Shown one piece after another: positions 50,165 through 60,472 of a DNA stretch of 64,000 nucleotides (its first letter is position 1; each line of letters begins with the position of its first letter). Source of the stretch: an uncultured Gammaproteobacteria bacterium (GTDB taxonomy: Bacteria > Patescibacteriota > Microgenomatia > Woykebacterales > RBG-16-39-9b); assembly GCA_965231125.1 (NCBI GenBank), contig OZ246414.1, positions 827,239-891,238 on the forward strand. Direction: 5' to 3'. The notes under the pieces are model-generated. The model was not told where the DNA came from. It did not search any database and was given only the letters and a program-made list of their open reading frames with translations. A program made the position numbers and the translations under genes.

Positions 50165-50345
50165 TCCCCTGTCACGGGAAATGTGCTCCTTAAAATTATA
50201 AATCTCACATTTCCTCTATCTATATGTTACTAAAATTTACTCAATCTTTAAAATCCTACCTGTAGAAACTTGACAATCAGCCACAACTGTCTCATAATTT
50301 TAATTAGAATTTCCCGTAACGAGAAACTTTTCTCCTTAAGGGAAA
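50165..50345. promoter_or_regulatory. Divergent promoter region with three related 17-bp motifs
   Basis: TTGACA-17-CATAAT (50270-50298); motifs at 50310-50326 (+), 50329-50345 (-), 50165-50181 (-). Confidence 0.6.
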
Positions 50346-50367
50346 GTCTAATTAACTAACCCTGCCC

Positions 50368-53300
50368 ATGGGAACCGAAAATAGTCTAAAAGCCGAATCT
50401 TTACCAAAGGCGGAAGAGAACCAAAAACTTTTACCATATCCCGAAGTCATAAAGCTTGCTAAACAAGCTGGTGTTGATTTTGGGAAAGGCTACCCCTACA
50501 ATAGGCTGCGCTACTACACAAAGATAGGTTTGCTACCCAAAGCCCACCGCCGCTCTTTCGGAGGTCCAGCTGAAGGATGCTACCCATCTTGGGTTGTTGA
50601 CAAATTAATTGAAATCGACAGGCAGCTTAAACAAGGCCAATCAGTCCAATCAATCCTTAGACAAAAGTCGAGTACACCATCATTAACCAATGCTTTATCG
50701 CCCGCTCCCATCTCTTTATACGAAAACCGAAAAATAGCTAACCAAGAGGATTTCGCCCAGTCTACAGATTTCGGGATTGGTGAGCAGTCGACCTACACTG
50801 AAAGTTCAGCAGGTGCTCTCGACTTCATCAGACGTGGAGCTTTATATCTTGGTTTGATGTCAATAATTTTCGTCTCTGGACTCGCAACTGTTTACGAAAT
50901 GCCGCAGAGTCATGACAATGTTCAAAGCCTAGTGAACATTGCAAAAAATAAGTTTTTTGGAACTTATTCACCGAAAAATCTGATCGCTCTCCCAAACCAA
51001 ATCGGAAGTGTGCTGGGACGCACCACCGCCCCTTATTTCAAAGTAAACGTTCCGACCGAAATTACCCATCTGCTCAGTGCCTTTGGTGGAATCAAAACAA
51101 ACGGCGCCAATGCGAATTTAGGGAAAGGTAAACTAACCGCCTCAAACGTTATTTACGATGTCCTTCCTGGCACTAATGTCAGCATCTCTTCTGGTCAAAA
51201 GCCGACCATTTCCGTTTCTGGACTAATCGGATCGGTAAATGGAACTGCCGGAAGAATTACTTCTTCGGGTGGGGACAATCCAACAATTGATATTGCCAGC
51301 AACTATACTGGCCAGACTTCAATCGATACTGTCGGAACAATAGGGAGCGGCGTGTGGCACGGATCCCCCCTTACCGATCCTTATGTTTCCAACAACATTA
51401 CTGTTTCAAACTATTTGCCCCTCTCCGGAGGAACTTTAACCGGTTCTTTGACCTTAAACAACAATGATGGTGGTAGCGGCGATGTTAACTTAATCCTTGG
51501 AGATTCCAACGAATCGGGAGACATAGTTCTTAATAACAGTGGCTTTACTGGCGCTATAACTTCTGGAGCGCTAACTGCGGCAAGAGTCTGGACTCTACCA
51601 AACGAGACCGGCACCATTTGCACCACTACAAGCGGTTGTGGAGCCGCTGGAGTTTTATTCGATATCGCTGCTGATGCTGGTGCAAATCAAAGCGTTACCG
51701 CCGGAGACACCGTTACTCTTACCGGTGGGGCGGGAATCAGTACTTCGGTTGCTGCTGGACCGACGGCAACTTTTGATGTAAATACTGGTAACGGGGTTCA
51801 GATATCGGCAGATGCGGTTGCTTTAGGTCCGTTGACAGCCGATTGGGACCAAACTGGAGCCTTCAATATCTACCTAGACAACGCGGGCAGCAACCTACAG
51901 ATCAGAGAAAACGGTGGCGGAGCCGACAAAGGCATTTTTGATGTTGCCTCGATTGCTGGCGACCAAACTTACACTTTTACAACCGGCGGCACAGTTTGGA
52001 CTTCCGGAAATGATGGCTCCGGTTCTACCTTAGATGCTGATACTCTTGATTCATTGGATTCTTCTCAATTTCTTAGGTCGGATACTTCGGACAGCTTCAC
52101 CTCCGGAACCTTAACCTTTGACAATGGGACTACTCTAACAGTAAATGGGGTCGCCAATATTGGGGATGGTGGGGATGCGGTTGCAATTTCTGGCACGACA
52201 GTCTCGGTAACCGCCAATGGGGCCGGTAATGATATAACTTTGAATTTGGTTGACAACAACACCGATGCCCTAGACATTAAACAGGGCGCTGATAACTATA
52301 TCAATATAAATACTACCAATACAACAGAAAATATCTCGTTCGGTAACGCTGCCACTAACCCCACCTACTCTTTTCTGGGAAGTGGTACAGCTACTTTCTC
52401 TGGAGCAACTACAGTCACTGGTACCCTAACCGCTAACGGCTCCTTTGTAGCCAACAACACCTTCACCTTAGGAGATGGTGGGGACACTGGATCAATCAAC
52501 ACTTCGGATTGGGCCGTGTCAACAACTGGAGACATGACTGGGATTGGAAGTATTGGGGCTGACGGGGATATAACCACTTCCCAAGCGACCCCGTCTGTCT
52601 TTTTGACGGACACAACCGCGGCTTCGGATGATTATTCAATTAACGCTGACGCTAGTACTTTTACCATCCGTAACGAGACAGATGCCAGGGACGATGTCAG
52701 CATTGATGGGTCTGGAAATGTAACTCTAAATTCGGTGGGATCCTTTGGAAACGGCACCTGGTCTTTCTCTTCGGCTGGAGCACTTTCCGGTGTAACCACC
52801 ATCTCAACTTCTTCAACGATAACTTTAGGCGCTCTTGGGGCGACGGATACCACCACTTTGCTTTGTCGTAACTCTGGAAATGTGATTGCCGGTTGTAACA
52901 GCGGTTCTGGTTCTGGACAGGATGCGGATCTTTTGGACGGTCTAGATTCTTCACAATTCCTAAGAAGTGACACTTCGGATAACTTTACCTCTGGTACTTT
53001 AACTACAGATGCTGGAACCACCTTGGCAGTTGCCGGAGATTTAACCATTGCTGATAATAATATTCCTCTGACTGGTGGAGACACTACGATTGACTTGAAC
53101 GCGGCGGCTACGAGAACTTTAACTATTACTAACTCAAATGGCGCGAATGTTGCTAACTTATCTGTCGAAGGCACTGCCACAGCTGCCGATTTCTCCTGTA
53201 GCGATTGTATCGCTTTAACGACTGAAACCTCCGGTGACTATGTTGCCAATGTCGACACGAGTGTATTAACAGGACTAACTGGAGGTTCGGCAGGTTCGGA

Positions 53301-56300
53301 AGGCGCCTCTTTAAGTTTGGCTTTTGATTATTCTCAAGCCCTTTCCGGAGATGTCGGTTTAGGAGCCAACGCCGCCGTCTTCGGCCAATCAGGTTTTGTC
53401 TTCGAAGGCGCGACCGCAAATACCTTCGAAACTTTTCTGGCGGTGACCGATCCAACCGGCGACCGAACCATCACTTTTCCGGATGCTGGCGGGACTGTCT
53501 GTCTTAGTGGCCAGACTTGTGCAACCAGCGGAACTGTCGGTTATTGGAGTCGGACTAGCACAGCTCTTTCACCAGCAACCGGGGGAGATACTGTGGATAT
53601 GGCGGGCGCCATAATAAGTAATATTGGAAATACTGCAACAGATTTTGACACGGGCGGTGGTCTTACGCTGGCGGGTAATCTCGTCGTCCAAGGGACCACG
53701 GGGCTTACCTTTAATACCGGTGCGGGAGGGGACATTACTTTTGCCAACGGCGAGAAGATTGATAACGACACAGATGGCACCGTTGCCATCACTGGTAACG
53801 GATCAATTTCCGGCCACGCGGCAATCGGCGGCTCTGCCAGCATCAGCACCGCCTATTTACTTACCATTCAAGAAACTACTTCAGTTGCTGGCTCGCGCGG
53901 TATTAATTTGGCCCCGACTTTCAACCCGAGCGCCAGCACCATTGATATTTCTTTCAATAACATTCCTACCTTTAGCCCTACCGGTGGGATAACACATACA
54001 GTCGAAGGCCAATACAATAAGATAACTGTTGGAGGTTCTGCGACAATTCCTGTCGCTTATGGCGTGGCAATAGACACGCCGACTATCTCCGGTAGTACTG
54101 TGACGAATTTGTACGGCCTTTACGTTGCAAACCAAACCGGCGCGACGAACAACTACGCTGCGGTTTTTGCTGGTGGCAATGTCGGCATCGGCACCACTGC
54201 ACCAAATCAACTGCTCCATCTCTCATCTTCTGGTAGCCCTGCAGAGCAGTTCACCAGCACGGCTGCTCCAAGCCAAGGTGCCAATGGTGGTTCTACTTTC
54301 AGCGACGATTCCTCTATCGGGACAGTTACTTGGGGTAGCCCATCGAATGCGCAGACAAATGATGCTAGTTATGCCAACGCCACTCTTGCCAGTACTGAAA
54401 TTTCTCACTATCTCAAGGCAACTGATTTCGCTTTCACTGTTCCGGCCACCGCCACGATAACAGGGATTTCTGTTAGTGTGGTCAGAAAAATAAGTGGCGG
54501 ATGCTTATGCATCCTTACGGACAACTCCATAAAGTTGGTAAAAGGCGGAACTATCAGCGGAGATAATAAAGCAGACACCGGTACAGCCTGGACTACCTCC
54601 GATGTCACCGCCACCTACGGCAACAGTAGCGACCTGTGGGGACTTTCCTTAGCCCCTAGCGACGTCAACGCGTCAAACTTCGGTGTAGCTGTCTCTGCTA
54701 CAAATACCATTGGTAGTGCCATCGACGCCGACATTAATTACATCAGCATCACTGTCTACTATACCTATAACAGCTGGGTCGCTGGTCTGAACACAAGTGA
54801 CAGCGGCAACTTCAATATTTCCAATTACACTGCCTTTGGTACAAATGACTACTTTAGAATAGGCTCCTTTGGCAATCTTGCCGTCGGTGCTGGCGCCGGC
54901 AGCGGCAACCTTGTAAACCAAGGCCTTTTTAGCTACCCAACCTTTAGCGGCGGAGCTACCAGCTGTGCGTTTGGATGTACTGGAGTATTTGGGAAAGGAA
55001 AAATAGACAACACCAGCAATAATAATATCGTTATCGGGGTCGGCGGTCAAGTTGAAACTGCCGCTACTTCCTTTACCCTAACCAATGCTATCGCACTTTT
55101 TGCTAACTCGCCTCTTAAAGGCTCTGGGTCCAGCATCACTAATAGTTACGGATTGGATGTCCAAAACCAGGATACTGTGGGGGTAACTACAAGTTATGGA
55201 GTATATATTGAAAATCAGACCGGCACTGGCACTAATTACGGCCTTTATGTTGTTGGGGCCGACACTGACGCTATTTACACCGCTGCCGGATCTAATAAAT
55301 TTGTCTTCGCGACGGGAGACAATTTTTCCATCGATGCCAGTACCACCGCCCAGACTCAAACAGCTGGTACTTTAGATCTAAATATCAACGCCGGCAACGC
55401 TACCGTCACTGGTCTTAATGTAGATTTCATTGCCAACACGGGTATCACTGCCGCGACGGACGAAGTTGGAGCAAAAATTAATCTTACTCAAAACGATGCC
55501 AATGCGGATATGTTCGGTCTGCAAATTAATCAACTAGCGACTTCAGTAACTATCGGTGGTGGAGACTTAGTTGAATGTTTACTTTGTTTAGATAATGCTG
55601 AGAACCAAGCCGCGGCAGTGACAGATGCAATCAGAATCACCAACTCAGGTGGGACTGCAAATGCCATTACTAATGATATTAATCTGCAAAATGGAGAGAC
55701 AATTGATAACAAAACCAACGGTACTATCGCGCTCACCGCAACCACCACCTCACTTTCCGGAGTTCTTTCAATCGATGGTACTTCCGGCACAGCTATTAGC
55801 GTAACAAACACTGGAATCACAACTGACATCAGCCTGCAAAATGGAGAGACAATTGATAATAATACAGATGGAACCATTTCTCTTGGCACTACCACAACTT
55901 TAACTGCAAGCGGTGCTTTAACCATATCAACTGGCAGCAACGGAGTCCTGACTCTTTCCCCCAACGGAACTGGCAATGTAGTGATCAGCGGAACAACTAC
56001 TGGTATAAACTCCGCTCTCGATGTGACCAAAACCACTTCCAGCTGCGGGTTTGGTTGCTTTGGTGTTTTAGCACGTCCTCTTTTTACTACTACCGAGTCG
56101 ATTGCCAACGCTGTGGGTGGGCAGATCCGTACCAATACTGGGGCGGCCCTAACAACGGCCAGTGCCTTACTTGCTGGGGGCCCCAACATAACTGCTGGAA
56201 CCATCACCACTGCAAATGGTTTGTATGTACAGAGTCAGGGCAGCGCCTCAACCACGACAGCAATTGGAATCTACCTTGAACCAATGACGGGATCAACAAA

Positions 56301-57495
56301 TAACTACGGAATTTGTTTTGATTGTGATGGAACTTTTGGCACGCAAACAGTCGCTTCTGGAATCCGCTGGGGTACAGATGGCACTGCGGCCAACAATATT
56401 AATGCCTATCGAAGTGCCAACGGCCAGTTTACTATTGACAATGGAACCCCAACAACCCTTTTCCAAGTTAGTACCACCGCGAACTTATTAAATTTGGACG
56501 ACACGACTTCCCGTACTGAAAGGCTTTGCCACGGCGCAGGAAATGGTGGCACCGGAACTGCCGCAATTTCTGATTGTTCTGGAACCCCAGGAGATTACGC
56601 CGAGCAATACGGCACCTCCGACCCGTCAATTGAAGCCGGAGACCTTGTGGTTGTAGATACAGACCAGCCTGCCCAAACAATAACAAATAAGGACGGTCAG
56701 GTTGGTTCGAAAGCTTGGGTTTTGAAATCTAGTGAAGCCTACCAAACAAGCTTAATCGGAGTTGTCTCGACAAGTCCAAACGAAGTAATCGGTCAAAACT
56801 TTACCAATGAAGAAAATCCAAGACCAATCACCCTTAGTGGCAGGGTGCCGGTTAAAGTTTCCACTGAAAATGGACCTATTGAGGCCGGAGATCCTATCAC
56901 GAGCTCATCAACTCCCGGAGTTGCGATGAAAGCCACCGCGTCGGGACCGATCATCGGTAAGGCGTTGGAGCCCTACAACGAATCTGGAGTTGGAAAAATA
57001 ATCGCCATTATCCAGGTGGGCTGGTACGTTGCTCCTCTAGGTAGCGGGCAAGAGTCTGGGCAATCCAGCATCACTGGCGTTACCGACCTGGCTCTTAATA
57101 GCTTAACTGCTAATACAATAATTTTAGGCAGCAATCAAATTTCTTTAGATCAATATGGGAACCTTCAAATTAATGGTAACTTGGCTCTTTCTGGAAATGA
57201 GCAGATTAGTGGAAACTTAGACCTAACTGGTAGCCTAACCGCCTCTTCAATTAATACTGGTGAGTTGAAGATTTCCGATAAGTCGTCCGGCTCCTCGTCA
57301 ATTAACGCTGGGGGAAGCACGGTAATAATAAATAACAACGTAGTAACTGGCAACTCAAAGGTTCTTGTGACTTTTAACTCCGACTGGGCTCCGGCAGATA
57401 GGTTCTGGGTTTCGAAAGCTTCTGGTAGTTTTATAGTCCACGTTGATAAACCTGTCTCTACCAGAGCAAATTTTGATTGGATAGTTGTTAATTAA
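50368..57495 (+). CDS. Giant surface fibre-like protein: MerR-like HTH, TM, T/G/S/A-rich repeats, C-proximal chaperone/autocleavage-like domain
   Basis: RLRYYTKIGLLP HTH; TM near aa 157-175; GNVGIGTTAP; GDYAEQY...GDPITSSSTPGVAMKA. Confidence 0.88.
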   Translation: MGTENSLKAESLPKAEENQKLLPYPEVIKLAKQAGVDFGKGYPYNRLRYYTKIGLLPKAHRRSFGGPAEGCYPSWVVDKLIEIDRQLKQGQSVQSILRQKSSTPSLTNALSPAPISLYENRKIANQEDFAQSTDFGIGEQSTYTESSAGALDFIRRGALYLGLMSIIFVSGLATVYEMPQSHDNVQSLVNIAKNKFFGTYSPKNLIALPNQIGSVLGRTTAPYFKVNVPTEITHLLSAFGGIKTNGANANLGKGKLTASNVIYDVLPGTNVSISSGQKPTISVSGLIGSVNGTAGRITSSGGDNPTIDIASNYTGQTSIDTVGTIGSGVWHGSPLTDPYVSNNITVSNYLPLSGGTLTGSLTLNNNDGGSGDVNLILGDSNESGDIVLNNSGFTGAITSGALTAARVWTLPNETGTICTTTSGCGAAGVLFDIAADAGANQSVTAGDTVTLTGGAGISTSVAAGPTATFDVNTGNGVQISADAVALGPLTADWDQTGAFNIYLDNAGSNLQIRENGGGADKGIFDVASIAGDQTYTFTTGGTVWTSGNDGSGSTLDADTLDSLDSSQFLRSDTSDSFTSGTLTFDNGTTLTVNGVANIGDGGDAVAISGTTVSVTANGAGNDITLNLVDNNTDALDIKQGADNYININTTNTTENISFGNAATNPTYSFLGSGTATFSGATTVTGTLTANGSFVANNTFTLGDGGDTGSINTSDWAVSTTGDMTGIGSIGADGDITTSQATPSVFLTDTTAASDDYSINADASTFTIRNETDARDDVSIDGSGNVTLNSVGSFGNGTWSFSSAGALSGVTTISTSSTITLGALGATDTTTLLCRNSGNVIAGCNSGSGSGQDADLLDGLDSSQFLRSDTSDNFTSGTLTTDAGTTLAVAGDLTIADNNIPLTGGDTTIDLNAAATRTLTITNSNGANVANLSVEGTATAADFSCSDCIALTTETSGDYVANVDTSVLTGLTGGSAGSEGASLSLAFDYSQALSGDVGLGANAAVFGQSGFVFEGATANTFETFLAVTDPTGDRTITFPDAGGTVCLSGQTCATSGTVGYWSRTSTALSPATGGDTVDMAGAIISNIGNTATDFDTGGGLTLAGNLVVQGTTGLTFNTGAGGDITFANGEKIDNDTDGTVAITGNGSISGHAAIGGSASISTAYLLTIQETTSVAGSRGINLAPTFNPSASTIDISFNNIPTFSPTGGITHTVEGQYNKITVGGSATIPVAYGVAIDTPTISGSTVTNLYGLYVANQTGATNNYAAVFAGGNVGIGTTAPNQLLHLSSSGSPAEQFTSTAAPSQGANGGSTFSDDSSIGTVTWGSPSNAQTNDASYANATLASTEISHYLKATDFAFTVPATATITGISVSVVRKISGGCLCILTDNSIKLVKGGTISGDNKADTGTAWTTSDVTATYGNSSDLWGLSLAPSDVNASNFGVAVSATNTIGSAIDADINYISITVYYTYNSWVAGLNTSDSGNFNISNYTAFGTNDYFRIGSFGNLAVGAGAGSGNLVNQGLFSYPTFSGGATSCAFGCTGVFGKGKIDNTSNNNIVIGVGGQVETAATSFTLTNAIALFANSPLKGSGSSITNSYGLDVQNQDTVGVTTSYGVYIENQTGTGTNYGLYVVGADTDAIYTAAGSNKFVFATGDNFSIDASTTAQTQTAGTLDLNINAGNATVTGLNVDFIANTGITAATDEVGAKINLTQNDANADMFGLQINQLATSVTIGGGDLVECLLCLDNAENQAAAVTDAIRITNSGGTANAITNDINLQNGETIDNKTNGTIALTATTTSLSGVLSIDGTSGTAISVTNTGITTDISLQNGETIDNNTDGTISLGTTTTLTASGALTISTGSNGVLTLSPNGTGNVVISGTTTGINSALDVTKTTSSCGFGCFGVLARPLFTTTESIANAVGGQIRTNTGAALTTASALLAGGPNITAGTITTANGLYVQSQGSASTTTAIGIYLEPMTGSTNNYGICFDCDGTFGTQTVASGIRWGTDGTAANNINAYRSANGQFTIDNGTPTTLFQVSTTANLLNLDDTTSRTERLCHGAGNGGTGTAAISDCSGTPGDYAEQYGTSDPSIEAGDLVVVDTDQPAQTITNKDGQVGSKAWVLKSSEAYQTSLIGVVSTSPNEVIGQNFTNEENPRPITLSGRVPVKVSTENGPIEAGDPITSSSTPGVAMKATASGPIIGKALEPYNESGVGKIIAIIQVGWYVAPLGSGQESGQSSITGVTDLALNSLTANTIILGSNQISLDQYGNLQINGNLALSGNEQISGNLDLTGSLTASSINTGELKISDKSSGSSSINAGGSTVIINNNVVTGNSKVLVTFNSDWAPADRFWVSKASGSFIVHVDKPVSTRANFDWIVVN

Positions 57496-57531
57496 ATCGG
57501 TTGACAGACCGCGGGCCGTTTATGTAGACTA

Positions 57532-59769
57532 ATGAGGTTACAAATGAGAGAACAATATTCTAAAATCGCGAGTCAAATAATAAATATTGGCGCTGTCGCC
57601 ACCGTATTCATTATTCCACTACTTTTTATTCCACTGCCACAAGATCTCAACAACACTCGCCTCTTTGCGGAATTTAATAAAGAAATTGCGTTTGTACTTG
57701 TTAGCTTTACGCTCTTTACACTTTGGACTATTAAAATGGTTCTGGACAGAAAGGTAACAATAATCCGCACACCGATAGACTTACCCTTAATCGTCTTCTT
57801 CCTTATTTATATATTAGCGACTGTCTTTAGCAGCGACCCATTCGTCTCAGTAGTCGGTTACTACGGAATTTTTCACCCTTCTTTGGTAAGTATGCTCGCT
57901 TTAATCTTGTTTTACTTTACAGCCGTCTCTAATTTGAGCCCAAAGACTCGTATTTGGGCGCTTGGTTGCCTAGTTGTGTCGATTGGAATAGCCTCCCTTG
58001 TAGCAATTATTCATTACTTCGGCATTTTTATAACCCAATACAAGGTTGCCCAATCCCGCGACTGGACTCCTATTATCTCTCCTGGTACGTTGGCTTTTTT
58101 GGCTTCATTATCGGTGCCGATAGCCGTTGGTCTTGCCGTAGCCGCCAAAAACTTTTGGGTGAAGTTAGGTTGGCTTGTTGCCGGCATAATTATTTTCGGT
58201 TCAATATTAATAGTAAACTCTTTTGGCGCCTGGATTGCCCTGTTTGCCGGCCTCTTAACTATTTTATTTTTTGCCCAAGGAGTTGTTAACCGCGCCGAAA
58301 ACCGTCTTACCCTTGGAGCAGCTGCTATCGTGGCTATCGTTCTATTTGCGGTATCCATGACACCGTCTTTAAAAGGCAGCATTATTAAACCACTCATTCG
58401 CGGTAACGATAAAACCTTATTATTAAACGCGGAAAAACGACTTCCAGTAGATGACAGCTGGCAAATTGCTGTTTCTAGTATCGGTAACAAGCCTTTTTTG
58501 GGTTACGGACCAGGAACATTTCCATTTGTATTTACAAAATTCTCCCCTATTTCTATGAATCAAGGTTCGGATTGGAATGTTCGCTACGAACAAGCTTCAA
58601 ATGAATACGCAAACACTTTATCCACCCTAGGGTTCTTAGGTTTAGCGGCTTATTTAGCCGTCCTGTTTTTCCTTTTAAGATCGCTAGTTAATTTTTGTTT
58701 AAGAAGTTCCTCGCTTAAAGATAATCCCATGCCGGTATTTCTTCTTTCTTCTCTAATAGCCTTCGCAGTTGGAAGTTTATTTTTTGATACGAGTTTGGTA
58801 ATCGGAATGTTATTCATACTTGTTAGCGCGGCCGCTTTCTCAACCCTCTTCAACTTAGGTACCGAAGGAGTTGACAAAGTAAACTTAAAATTGGTTTCCC
58901 TCAAATCCGGTGTAGTTGGTTACGGCTCAGAAAACCCAAGTAACAATTTGCTCGGGTTTATTTTATTAGTACCCTGCCTGGCTATTACTGCCGCTGCACT
59001 TTACTTCGGAATAAGATCGTATCAAGCGGAACTTTCTTACCAACGCTCCGTTATTTCGGCATCCAAAAATAATGCTAAAGAAACAAGAGACCTTCTTGTT
59101 TCTGCTATTAAGGAGTTTAGTTTCAGAGACATCTACCACCGAACTCTTTCTTTAGTAGATATTAGAATCGCCCAATCGTTAAGTAGACAAACCCAGACTG
59201 ATCAAAACAAGACAAATATTCAACTTCTCGTAAGCGAGTCTGTCGCTCAAAGTAGAATCGCTACTGGCTACCAAAACCCGCCCGTACCAGGAACAAGTAG
59301 TAACAACGTTGTTAATTGGGAATCTTTAGGAGTTGTCTATTCAAGTTTGATTGACGTTGTTAAAGGTACAGGAGATCAAACAGTTATTGTATACCTTCAG
59401 GCGAAAATATTATTCCCCAGAAATCCCGCTCTTTATCAGTCTTTAGGAAACGTTTATTTAAAAATCGGTAAGACCCAAGATGCCATTAGGGCCTTGGAAA
59501 CGGCTGTTTCCCTGAAGAACGATCTTGCTTTTTCCCATTACTCACTAGCGCAGGCGTACGAAAAGGCCGGCAACCGCCAAGACGACGCCCTGAAGGAGTT
59601 AGAGGCGGCTTTTGGTCTGCTACCGGAAGGATCAGATAAGCAAAAAGTCCAAGGTGAGATAGATACCTTGAAAAAAGAGATTGGTAATAACCTAAAGCAA
59701 CTAACCCCAACTGCCTCTACCACGGCGACCCCTTCCGCCACGGCGACATCCTCCGCAAAACCAAAGTAA
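57532..59769 (+). CDS. O-antigen ligase/O-oligosaccharyltransferase-like polytopic protein with C-terminal TPR
   Basis: Many TMs, PFLGYGPGTF, TPR-like LGNVYLKIG...ALETAVSL. Confidence 0.8.
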   Translation: MRLQMREQYSKIASQIINIGAVATVFIIPLLFIPLPQDLNNTRLFAEFNKEIAFVLVSFTLFTLWTIKMVLDRKVTIIRTPIDLPLIVFFLIYILATVFSSDPFVSVVGYYGIFHPSLVSMLALILFYFTAVSNLSPKTRIWALGCLVVSIGIASLVAIIHYFGIFITQYKVAQSRDWTPIISPGTLAFLASLSVPIAVGLAVAAKNFWVKLGWLVAGIIIFGSILIVNSFGAWIALFAGLLTILFFAQGVVNRAENRLTLGAAAIVAIVLFAVSMTPSLKGSIIKPLIRGNDKTLLLNAEKRLPVDDSWQIAVSSIGNKPFLGYGPGTFPFVFTKFSPISMNQGSDWNVRYEQASNEYANTLSTLGFLGLAAYLAVLFFLLRSLVNFCLRSSSLKDNPMPVFLLSSLIAFAVGSLFFDTSLVIGMLFILVSAAAFSTLFNLGTEGVDKVNLKLVSLKSGVVGYGSENPSNNLLGFILLVPCLAITAAALYFGIRSYQAELSYQRSVISASKNNAKETRDLLVSAIKEFSFRDIYHRTLSLVDIRIAQSLSRQTQTDQNKTNIQLLVSESVAQSRIATGYQNPPVPGTSSNNVVNWESLGVVYSSLIDVVKGTGDQTVIVYLQAKILFPRNPALYQSLGNVYLKIGKTQDAIRALETAVSLKNDLAFSHYSLAQAYEKAGNRQDDALKELEAAFGLLPEGSDKQKVQGEIDTLKKEIGNNLKQLTPTASTTATPSATATSSAKPK

Positions 59770-59819
59770 CCTCTATTGAGCTAAGTATAATACTTGTGAT
59801 AAAATTGGCGCGAGTTCGT

Positions 59820-60018
59820 GGGCCTGTGGCGCAATAGACTGCTTCGCATTCTGCGACCACTTTGTGGACTATTGCTAGCGCAGCCCCGTAAAATTTGGGC
59901 CCATGGCTCAATTGGTAGAGCGCTTCCATGGCATGGAAGAGGTTGCCGGTTCAAGTCCGGCTGGGTCCACCAAATTTGTACGGGGAGGTTAGGGGTTCGA
60001 GTCCCCTCAGTTCCACCA
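59820..60018 (+). pseudogene. Outer split tRNA-Ala-like relic enclosing intact tRNA-Ala(GGC)
   Basis: GGGCCTG..GCGC[D-loop insert]GCGC..CCCCG | CGGGG AGGTT AGGGG TTCGAGT CCCCT CAGTTCC A CCA. Confidence 0.8.
59897..59972 (+). tRNA. tRNA-Ala(GGC)
   Basis: G3:U70 pair, CTTCC-ATGGCAT-GGAAG, CCA end. Confidence 0.95.
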
Positions 60019-60150
60019 GGCCACTACGTTTCGCAAAGCGAAACTACGCGGCCTGCTCCGCGAAGCTTTAGCGTAGTGGGGTACACTTCGCTCTTAGAGC
60101 TTCGCGTGGCACAGCCAAAGAGGGGCGAGAAGTAAGAAGTGTGCTCCGCA
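60019..60150. repeat. GC-rich palindromic cluster between tRNAs
   Basis: CCACTACG...CGTAGTGG and GTTTCGC-AAA-GCGAAAC stems. Confidence 0.55.
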
Positions 60151-60167
60151 AAAAGTAAATCTTTTTA

Positions 60168-60243
60168 GGGCCTGAAGTTTAACTGGTTGAACACCTCATT
60201 CGCATTGAGGAGGTAGGCGGTTCGATTCCGCCCAGGTCCACCA
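60168..60243 (+). tRNA. tRNA-Ala(CGC)
   Basis: G3:U70, CCTCA-TTCGCAT-TGAGG, CCA end; atypical A at position 8. Confidence 0.85.
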
Positions 60244-60254
60244 AAGCTACTAGG

Positions 60255-60275
60255 TTGAGGAGGTAGGCGGTTCGA
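60255..60275 (+). repeat. 21-bp copy of tRNA-Ala(CGC) 3' segment
   Basis: TTGAGGAGGTAGGCGGTTCGA identical to 60205-60225. Confidence 0.85.
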
Positions 60276-60472
60276 CCCCACCCCAGCTGCACTGACTCCT
60301 CGAGATTTTAATATATTTATATATCTTTGTTAATAAATTGATATACTCTGTTCTTTAACTCGGAGTGGTTTAGTATATCAATACTAATCAAACTAGAAAT
60401 TTTTATTCCCCTACAGCTTACTAGAGTTTCCGCAGAGAATTTTGTTTTTTTAACTCAATACTATATAATATA

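Noticed and set aside
59818-60135. 105-aa ORF on + strand
   Set aside because: Overlaps tRNA-Ala and relic tRNA; spurious.
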